DNA of 32,000 nucleotides from Candidatus Altimarinota bacterium (GTDB taxonomy: Bacteria > Patescibacteriota > Gracilibacteria > UBA1369), in assembly GCA_041659405.1 (NCBI GenBank), contig JBAZYK010000004.1:1-32000 (forward strand). The letters are read 5' to 3'. The position numbers were made by a program, and so were the translations under genes. Within the stretch, counting starts at the first letter, position 1; the number at the start of each line of letters is the position of its first letter. The notes beneath the pieces are model-generated. The model did not search any database. It saw nothing but the letters and a program-made list of their open reading frames with translations, and was not told where the DNA came from. Positions 25,320 to 32,000 of this stretch are shown piece by piece.

Positions 25320-26855
25320 TTATTTCTTTGCCACCCTCTTTTTTCTCTTCATAATCTTGCCTGCTACAAACGATCCAAACAGGACTAATCCAATTTCCGG
25401 ACCGGTAGCTGGCAAAGTAAATGTAGTCACAACACCCTGGCTTTCATTGCCGGTTTTGTCGCGAGCGGCCAATTTAAACCAGTATTTTACCTTTGGTAAG
25501 ATGTTTGTTACATCAAAAGTTTTTGCATCCGGGCTAACCAAAATTCCTTTGCCATAAGCCACGCCATCGGTGCTCATATAAAGAACATAACTGGCCAAAT
25601 CACCAAGAGTATTTGCGCTGCCTTTCCAAGATAGTGTGACAACCAATTTCTTCAGCATTTCCACCAATAAATTAGTTACATCTTCCGGAGCGGTTGTGTC
25701 TGCGCCTTGTGCATTAACTCCGGCAGCAGTTGTACTTCCCGTAAACTCGGCAGCATTTGAAGTCAAATCAAGCTTGTTACCATCTTTATCCTTAACATCA
25801 ATCGCCATAAGGCTGTATTTTACGGCATTTTGAGCCGCAGTTGTCAGAGTCGCAGTTGTTAAATCGGCGCTCAAATCAACCTTACTTATATCCAAAGTAT
25901 TTTCAGTTTTTTGCTTTTCGGTAATAATAAAATTTTCACGTGGATCAGTATTTAAAACCACCGGTTTAGAGAAAACAACCTGTAAATGTGTTGAATCCTG
26001 GGCGGTTACAGTGCTCACTTTAAGGGCATCTGCAGCCGGATGCGCAACTTCTTGAGTAACCGGTTCGGCACCACTTCCTGTAAATAAAGCTGTATCGGAA
26101 GTCCCGCTAATGATTGGATTTCCGGCAATATCCTTAATGGTACTGGAAGCCGTTAATACATAAGCAGTAGTTGCAGTTTGATTATCGGTTGTTAATAAAA
26201 CGGTTTTATTTAACGCGTCATTGCTGTCTAAAACCGCATCGGTAACATTCAAAGCCACCGAAGTCGCATCTTCTTTAATTCCAAATGCACTTTCCGGATG
26301 AGTTGCAGGAACCTGAACTGCTTCCGAGAAAACCACAGAAACATGCGCTTTATCCACCGCTACCGCCTTTGCAACTTTTGGAGCAACCGCATCTGGTAAA
26401 GCTACGACCGCACTTGGAGTCGCGCTGCCTTCCAAACTATAACTGTTACTTTCGTTGCCGGCTGCGTCGTAAGCTGTTACGGAAAAGTAATAGGTTGTAC
26501 CATTTTTTAAGGTCTTAACCTGATAAGTGATTACGTTTTTAACATCAACCGGTCCATATGTATAAGAATCGCCATCACCTTTTACGGGCTTTAAACCATA
26601 ATAAACCTTATATCCGCTCACTCCAACATTGTCTGTAGCCACGTCCCAGGTCAATGTGGCCATGGAATCTCCGGCAACAGCTTTCACATTTTCCACATCG
26701 GATGGAACCTGTGTATCTGCCACCGCCACATTTTTGTCGGGGACAATATTGGTTGCATGTCCAACCGGCATAAATGCCAAAAGCAGCAACACTCCAAGTG
26801 GAGCGATTGTAGAAAACAAGTGTTTACCAACATTTAAAAGTGTCTTTTTTTTCAT
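25320..26855 (-). CDS. Secreted surface protein with fibronectin-III/Ig-like repeats and a C-terminal LPXTG-type sorting signal
   Basis: Signal peptide MKKKTLLNVGKHLFSTIAPLGVLLLLAF. FN3-like TWDVATDNVGVSGYKVYYG and LSWKGSANTLGDLASYVLYMS. LPATG (25401-25415) is followed by a hydrophobic stretch and KRKKRVAKK. Confidence 0.8.
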   Translation of the reverse strand: MKKKTLLNVGKHLFSTIAPLGVLLLLAFMPVGHATNIVPDKNVAVADTQVPSDVENVKAVAGDSMATLTWDVATDNVGVSGYKVYYGLKPVKGDGDSYTYGPVDVKNVITYQVKTLKNGTTYYFSVTAYDAAGNESNSYSLEGSATPSAVVALPDAVAPKVAKAVAVDKAHVSVVFSEAVQVPATHPESAFGIKEDATSVALNVTDAVLDSNDALNKTVLLTTDNQTATTAYVLTASSTIKDIAGNPIISGTSDTALFTGSGAEPVTQEVAHPAADALKVSTVTAQDSTHLQVVFSKPVVLNTDPRENFIITEKQKTENTLDISKVDLSADLTTATLTTAAQNAVKYSLMAIDVKDKDGNKLDLTSNAAEFTGSTTAAGVNAQGADTTAPEDVTNLLVEMLKKLVVTLSWKGSANTLGDLASYVLYMSTDGVAYGKGILVSPDAKTFDVTNILPKVKYWFKLAARDKTGNESQGVVTTFTLPATGPEIGLVLFGSFVAGKIMKRKKRVAKK

Positions 26856-27046
26856 TTGTATTTTTGTTTAGAAATGTATTTTTTTTGTTTGATCAGAACA
26901 TATTAGCACAAATGGACGGATTTTTAAATACACAAGCCCTTATTGCTTGATAGATTAAGTTGACAAAAGTGTGAATTATATGGAAAATGCAAAGCCGGCA
27001 CACGTTGATCATTGTCCGATTTTAAATCGTACTTTATACTGCAGTC

Positions 27047-29875
27047 ATGAAAATACGCCTATCAGAACAGGTCATTCAAAAACTTCCCGCAATTGATGTT
27101 GCCGTCATTGTCATTAAAAACATCAACAACAAAAGGAAAAGCTCAATGGTTGCTCAGCTTTTAAGAGGTGTTTGCGCCAGCAAGAAACAGCAGTTAAAAA
27201 AAGAAGCGCCAGAACCAACCTTAATGGAGGGGTCAATTTTGGCTGAAACGTATTTGTTGGATAGCCTGCTTAAAAAGGTGGTAAAGGGGACCGAGATCAA
27301 AAGTGAAAACAACCTTTCGGACATGGTTCATCATTTAATGATCAAAAATTCAGTTCCAACTCTTGGCGTGGATCTGGATCAAATTGGCAAAGATATTGAA
27401 ATCAAATTCATTGTTCCTAAAAAAGGCAAAAAGGCACAGGACTTAAATTTCACACCGGAAACCCGGAATATTGTTCTTTGGTTGATGAATACCGATCATA
27501 ATTCACCGGAGGAATTTGAAGAATTGGTTCTGGAATTTTCAAAAACCATCCAGAAATATTGCAATGGTTTGTTGGATGACATCTACTATCTAACAGTCGA
27601 AAATCCGGAAACGGATCTTAAATATATTTCAGAAAGAGAGCTCCACCCTGAGGATTTTGAGGAAAAGGATGTAAAGGGTTCAACCACACGCAAAACTGGT
27701 TCGATTACCAACAAAGATGGTGCGATGGAAACTTCCGAAAAAATCACCCCGGAAAAACCACCAAAAAATATTTCACCTGATCAAAAATCACTGCTTGAAC
27801 CAAAAGAGCCAAAATCTTTTGTGTTTGAGCCTTCCATAAGAGATCAACTGCAACAGGAACTTGAAAAAGCGGTACAGTTAACTTTTGCGGGAAACGGCAA
27901 AATTGGCTCACAGATCAGCGAATTGCAGATTGAAATTGAAACTCCACGTGAAGCCGGGCATGGTGATTATGCCAGCAATATTGCTTTAAAACTTGCGAAA
28001 ATAGTTGGCAAAAATCCTCGTGAAATTGCCGAACAAATCCTGAAAAATATGCCGGTAAAGACGGAAACGGAGCAAAATCCGGTTGTGACAGTTGATTATC
28101 TGGAAAAAGCCGAAATCGCCGGAGCGGGGTTTATCAATTTTCATCTTTCCCAAAGTCATCTTAAAAAAGAACTTCAAAAAATTCTCGATTTCCAAAAAGA
28201 TTATGGCCGAATTGAGCTTGGTAAAGGGCAAAAAGCCGTTATCGATTTTTCTTCACCGAACGTTGCCAAACCTTTGGGCGTGCATCATTTGCTTTCCACT
28301 TTGATCGGGCAAACTGTTATAAATATTTTACGTTTCGCCGGTTTTGAAGTGATCGGTGTGAATTATTTGGGGGATTGGGGAACTCAATTTGGCAAACTGA
28401 TTTATGCTTACAAAAATTGGGGTGATCGCGCAGTGATAGAAACTGATCCTCTTAATGAACTCCTTAAATTATATGTCCGTTTTCATGATGAGGCCGAAAA
28501 ATACGCGCATCTGGAAGAAAAAGGCCGTGAAGAATTTAAAAAATTGGAAGAAGGGGACAGCGAAAATCGCAAAATTTGGGAATGGGTGCGTGAAATCAGC
28601 ATTAAAGAACTTGAACGTTTGTACAAAAAATTGGGCGTTCATTTTGACGAATATTTGCCGGAAAGCATGTACGAAGAAGGCATGAAAGACATTCTTAAAG
28701 AAGGCAAAGAAAAAGGCATTTTTGTCGAAGGCGAAAAAGGCGCATATATTGTTCAGTTTGATGAACCGCAGGCGGAAAAAGGCGAAAATTCCGAACAGGC
28801 TTCAGCCGCTGCTCCAGCACCAGCCACTGCCGCGCTTCCACCATATCTCGTCCAAAAAGGCGACGGCACCACGCTTTATTCAACTCGCGATTTGGCTTCC
28901 ATGAAGGATCGCGTTGCGCGTTTTCATCCAACTAAACTCATTTATGTTGTTGATATCGCCCAGTCTCTTCATTTTAAACAACTGTTTGCCACAGCCAAAA
29001 AAATGGGACTGGATCTTGATCCGGCTAACCCAGGGCAGGACAACATGGCGATTTCCAGCTCATCCGCCGCGGCTAATCCGGCCGCAGTTGATTTAACCCA
29101 CGTAATTTTCGGTCGCATGCAATTTCCGGAAGGCAGTATGAGCACCCGCAAAGGAAATATAATTTTGGTTGATCAGCTGATTAAAGAAGCGGAAGAGCGT
29201 GCCCAAAAAATCATTGACGAAAAGGGCGTGGAGATTATTCCCGCCGAAAGAAAAACGATCGCCGAAGGAATCGCGATTGGAGCAATTAAATATCAGATTA
29301 TTTCTCAAAATCGTGAAACCAACATGATTTTTGATTGGGATCGCATGCTGGCATTGGATGGCAACAGTGCGCCATATTTACAATATGCCTATGCGCGTGC
29401 CGCCAGTATTATCCGCAAAGCCGAAGAAAAAACTTTTGTGCCGGTGAATGATGGCCCGCAGACCAATATTTTTGAAATGGCTAGGGAAGCGGAAATCAGG
29501 GCCGCACAGGAAACGGAAAATCGCGAAAAAAACAACGAAAACAGTTCAGACACCCGCACAGAAACCGGCTCTGCAAAACCATCAGAAGCCGAATCCAAAA
29601 TTTATGGGTACCCAACTGAACAGGCGCTTTTAAGGGCGCTGGCCAAATTTCCCGAAGCCATAGAGATGTCTGCCAGGACCTACAAACCAAACCTGCTCAG
29701 CAATTACCTTTACGAACTTACTCAAACCTTTAACGGCTTTTATCAGGAGGTTTCCGTGCTAAACACACTGCGTGAAGACCTCAGAACTTCCCGCCTTGAT
29801 TTAGTTCACGGCTTCACCCAGGTACTAAAAAACGGCCTAACCATATTGGGTATTCAAACTTTTGAAAGGATGTAG
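27047..29875 (+). CDS. argS: Arginyl-tRNA synthetase with an N-terminal B3/4-like (COG3382-type) domain fusion
   Basis: ArgRS core from about aa 270: PREAGHGDYASNIALKLAK, SSPNVAKPLGVHHLLST, MSTRKG, ...YLYELTQTFNGFY, C-terminal ERM. The first ~200 aa resemble standalone B3/4-domain proteins (MKIRLSEQVIQKLPAIDVAVIVIKNINN...; LLKKVVKGTEIKSENNLSDMVHHLMIKNSVPTLGVDLDQIGKDIEIKF). Confidence 0.9.
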   Translation: MKIRLSEQVIQKLPAIDVAVIVIKNINNKRKSSMVAQLLRGVCASKKQQLKKEAPEPTLMEGSILAETYLLDSLLKKVVKGTEIKSENNLSDMVHHLMIKNSVPTLGVDLDQIGKDIEIKFIVPKKGKKAQDLNFTPETRNIVLWLMNTDHNSPEEFEELVLEFSKTIQKYCNGLLDDIYYLTVENPETDLKYISERELHPEDFEEKDVKGSTTRKTGSITNKDGAMETSEKITPEKPPKNISPDQKSLLEPKEPKSFVFEPSIRDQLQQELEKAVQLTFAGNGKIGSQISELQIEIETPREAGHGDYASNIALKLAKIVGKNPREIAEQILKNMPVKTETEQNPVVTVDYLEKAEIAGAGFINFHLSQSHLKKELQKILDFQKDYGRIELGKGQKAVIDFSSPNVAKPLGVHHLLSTLIGQTVINILRFAGFEVIGVNYLGDWGTQFGKLIYAYKNWGDRAVIETDPLNELLKLYVRFHDEAEKYAHLEEKGREEFKKLEEGDSENRKIWEWVREISIKELERLYKKLGVHFDEYLPESMYEEGMKDILKEGKEKGIFVEGEKGAYIVQFDEPQAEKGENSEQASAAAPAPATAALPPYLVQKGDGTTLYSTRDLASMKDRVARFHPTKLIYVVDIAQSLHFKQLFATAKKMGLDLDPANPGQDNMAISSSSAAANPAAVDLTHVIFGRMQFPEGSMSTRKGNIILVDQLIKEAEERAQKIIDEKGVEIIPAERKTIAEGIAIGAIKYQIISQNRETNMIFDWDRMLALDGNSAPYLQYAYARAASIIRKAEEKTFVPVNDGPQTNIFEMAREAEIRAAQETENREKNNENSSDTRTETGSAKPSEAESKIYGYPTEQALLRALAKFPEAIEMSARTYKPNLLSNYLYELTQTFNGFYQEVSVLNTLREDLRTSRLDLVHGFTQVLKNGLTILGIQTFERM

Positions 29876-29932
29876 GGACGCGCGCAGCCCTTGACGTTAG
29901 AAAAATACCTGACGGATTTGAATGTCCGGGCA

Positions 29933-30118
29933 GAGATTTGCAGCACATTATTTACACACAAGCAAAGTTATTGCATCCACTTGTGCACGTGCACAGATTT
30001 GCAGCCAAATAATGGCTACCGCGAGCCGTTTGATCGTAAAAAATAGGCGGGCGTACAAAAAGACTTGCGCAACATTTTTTACTTTCCCCACGCACGAAGT
30101 GCTTATTTTTTCTGCGAG
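29933..30118. repeat. Multi-hairpin repeat element, copy A (core palindrome TGTGCACGTGCACA at 29982-29995)
   Basis: 29947-30017 matches 30565-30635 at 68 of 71 positions. Weaker similarity resumes at 30091-30118 versus 30706-30728. Confidence 0.85.
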
Positions 30119-30526
30119 CTGACCGAGCTCCCCAGCCTGGTTTTTAGCAAAAAAATCGTATCACTGCGTAGTTTGGCTTTCACCCAGTCTTTCTGCTTTT
30201 CATCAAGTATCTCCCCCATTCCGGCCAGAATGCCCCGATCGCCAAGTTTTTCAAGTGACTTTATGCATTTTTTAAGAAAACTTTCGGTCATCATCCCAGT
30301 CCTGTCTAAAATGATTTTCTGATTGATTGGCCTTAAAATTTTTGAACGAATATGTTTGACCATCACAGACAATATTTTTAGTCTGATAAGAAGCGACAAA
30401 AATATTACCATAATATTGAAAAATTATGCCTTGGCGTATCATAATAAAAGCCAAATATAAGAAAAAACCTAACCTTTGACTCAAATTATAACAATAAATT
30501 GCCAGACCATTGCCCCGATCAGCCAT
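30103..30526 (-). pseudogene. Two overlapping small ORFs in different frames (about 56 aa, 30272-30442; about 63 aa, 30103-30294): a small-gene pair or a frameshifted remnant
   Basis: ORF-track entries 30272..30526 and 30103..30411 overlap out of frame. No domain was recognised. The locus is bracketed by repeat copies A and B. Confidence 0.25.
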
Positions 30527-30550
30527 TCGGCGGAGGAATCAGCGGACACA

Positions 30551-30728
30551 AGAATTTGCACAATATTATTTACACACAAGCAAAGTTATTGCATTCACTT
30601 GTGCACGTGCACAGATTTACAGCCAAATAACGGCTTGCGCAAGCCAATTCCATTTTTAAAATCGTCATTGGAAGAGCGGTGACTTTACACTGCAATTCCC
30701 TAAATTACGCCAAGTGCTTTTCTCGCAT
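30551..30728. repeat. Multi-hairpin repeat element, copy B (core palindrome at 30600-30613)
   Basis: Direct repeat of copy A, 618 bp downstream and in the same orientation. Confidence 0.85.
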
Positions 30729-30904
30729 ATACAAAAAATCATTCTAAAAATTGTCATGAGCAAAATGAGGAAATCTAAATTTTGGGTCTTGTGGGTCCCA
30801 AAAATTGGATTTCCGATTAACGCGAATGATAATTTTTAGAATTCACTATAGGGAAAAAGTTCCCCAAAAGAAAAAACCGACAGGTTTTGTCTTTTGATTT
30901 GCTT

Positions 30905-30980
30905 TGGAGGCGGCGATCGGATTCGAACCGATGCATAACGGTTTTGCAAACCGCTGTCTTAACCACTTGACTACGCCGCC
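30905..30980 (-). tRNA. tRNA-Cys (GCA) with encoded CCA
   Basis: The reverse complement folds as a cloverleaf: acceptor GGCGGCG/CGCCGCC, D arm GTCA-AGTGGTTA-AGAC, anticodon arm GCGGT-TTGCAAA-ACCGT, T arm ATCGG-TTCGAAT-CCGAT, discriminator U, then CCA. Confidence 0.93.
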
Positions 30981-31214
30981 CCGCCTTTTACACCGTTGAA
31001 TGATAGTGGGATAATTCGGAAAAAGCAATCCTGGAGGAGACCGCAAATGACCAAGCCATTCTTGGATCGGATCATCGGATTTTTTCTCTGCTCTCCAGCC
31101 AGACCCAGAGTGGGGATTCCAAATCTGTCAAAGCCATATCGCGATCCTTTATTGCGGCTAAACTTTATTGTAGTAGAATAAGCCTCGGTTTAAATTATTT
31201 AATCTCCCCAAAAT

Positions 31215-32000
31215 ATGGCACAAAAAATAAAACGACATTTTCTCAAACGGTTCATTACATCGATAACCCTGCTTTGTCTGGGGCTTCCATCGATATTACT
31301 TCTCACGAGTCAATTGGCCGTTGCGGGTGTGCCAACGGGAACCATGACCGGTTCAGCCCAAATATTGACTGTCGGCGTATCACCTGTCGCAATGAACGCA
31401 ATAACCGTTACCGATGATGCTCTTAGTGCACAAATTACTTCGGGGAATGATATTAGAATCAGGATCCCTGCGGCCGTAAATGCCACTTGGGACCCAGCAG
31501 ATGCCACAGCTACACTTACGCAACCAGCGGTAACAGGGGTAGTCAGCCCCGCTGTAAGCTTCGCTGACTCCAATAAAACTTTAATATTAGACGTAACAAC
31601 TGGCTTTGCAACTGGTGAATCTGTCGTAATTTCAGGTTTATATTACATCCCTACGGCAGCTTCAACTGCAACAGTATTGGATTGGGCGGTTGACGGTGCG
31701 GTGCCAACCTATCTGGCTGGTGATACCACTACCGGCATCACTGTCACCGCAGCGGACGCAGCAGCAACACTTACAAAAGCGAGTGCAATATCGGGTAGCA
31801 CAGGCGATTTGACATTGGTCATCAATACGGGCCGTATATTAGCAGTTGGAGAAAAAATCAATATAGATTTCCCTGCGTCTTATGCAGTAGCCGCCACGAC
31901 AGGAATCGTAGCCGGTTCAATAACACTCAATGGTACTAACGCGACGATGAGCGCATCAGTTGCCTTGCAGACATTAACATTGACTGTGGCAGACTTCGCT
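31215..32000 (+). CDS. Secreted Thr/Ala/Val-rich beta-rich protein, 5' partial (runs off the window)
   Basis: ATG at 31215, open frame to the window end (262 codons). Signal/TM segment FITSITLLCLGLPSILLLTSQLAVA. The rest is T/A/V/G-rich. It is absent from the ORF track only because there is no stop codon in the window. Confidence 0.7.
   Translation, partial: MAQKIKRHFLKRFITSITLLCLGLPSILLLTSQLAVAGVPTGTMTGSAQILTVGVSPVAMNAITVTDDALSAQITSGNDIRIRIPAAVNATWDPADATATLTQPAVTGVVSPAVSFADSNKTLILDVTTGFATGESVVISGLYYIPTAASTATVLDWAVDGAVPTYLAGDTTTGITVTAADAAATLTKASAISGSTGDLTLVINTGRILAVGEKINIDFPASYAVAATTGIVAGSITLNGTNATMSASVALQTLTLTVADFA

Noticed and set aside
24980-25557. Plus-strand ORFs of 124 aa and 165 aa (Pro/Ser/Leu/His-rich)
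   Set aside because: They are composition-driven reading frames in C-rich DNA. They begin at non-ATG codons, overlap each other and the LPXTG gene on the opposite strand, and have nonsense-like low-complexity sequence.
29933-30728. CRISPR array or integron attC sites
   Set aside because: There are only two long (~95-190 bp) repeats, 618 bp apart, with no short regular repeat-spacer pattern and no cas genes. The ends do not fit the RYYYAAC/GTTRRRY attC boxes and no integrase is present.
23257-30783. About 33-bp imperfect direct repeats (23257-23289 versus 30750-30783; ATTtTCATGAGCAAA...ATCTAAA) as att sites of a tRNA-Cys-associated island
   Set aside because: Identity is only about 70% over a short AT-rich stretch and does not overlap the tRNA. 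The enclosed segment includes the essential argS, and no integrase is present. It is likely a shared promoter-like motif or chance.
1-32000. Alternative genetic code (UGA recoding, as in some candidate phyla)
   Set aside because: All conserved genes read as uninterrupted full-length ORFs under the standard bacterial code. TGA, TAA and TAG all appear as terminators at the expected protein ends.

Overview
This 32-kb window is gene-dense and about 40% GC. It is mostly housekeeping genes from what looks like a streamlined, uncultivated bacterium. A CPR/Patescibacteria-like origin is my inference from the DUF4012 protein, the insertion-rich core enzymes and weak Shine-Dalgarno signals; it is not proven. 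ORFs read through under the standard code.

Recognisable genes, in order: an HTH/coiled-coil/TM protein, two DUF881 proteins, murI, a PAP2-polyprenol-kinase fusion, two orphan proteins, guaA, an RHH/RelE toxin-antitoxin pair, an aspartokinase-like protein, a DUF4012 protein, lysS, dnaB, yraN, a PEGA/beta-propeller membrane protein, a class I/II aminotransferase, comM/yifB, murA, a ComEC-type MBL protein, a DUF222-like HNH endonuclease, an LPXTG surface protein, argS with an N-terminal B3/4 domain, tRNA-Cys, and a partial secreted protein at the 3' edge.

The unusual content is mostly non-coding:
1. A very dense array of TAGACA/TGTCTATAGACA sites covers the promoter and the 5' half of the membrane-anchored HTH gene (84-699).
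2. A long-hairpin repeat family has an identical 43-nt core with a GNRA loop and tandem G-A mismatches, but different outer stems (1080-1168, 2717-2799, partial 2655-2682).
3. A multi-hairpin element built on the palindrome TGTGCACGTGCACA occurs twice as ~190-bp direct repeats next to tRNA-Cys, once inside the HNH CDS, and in variant form inside comM.
4. A 380-bp orphan spacer with strong C-skew lies downstream of the HNH gene.

No CRISPR array, rRNA, transposase or integrase was seen.
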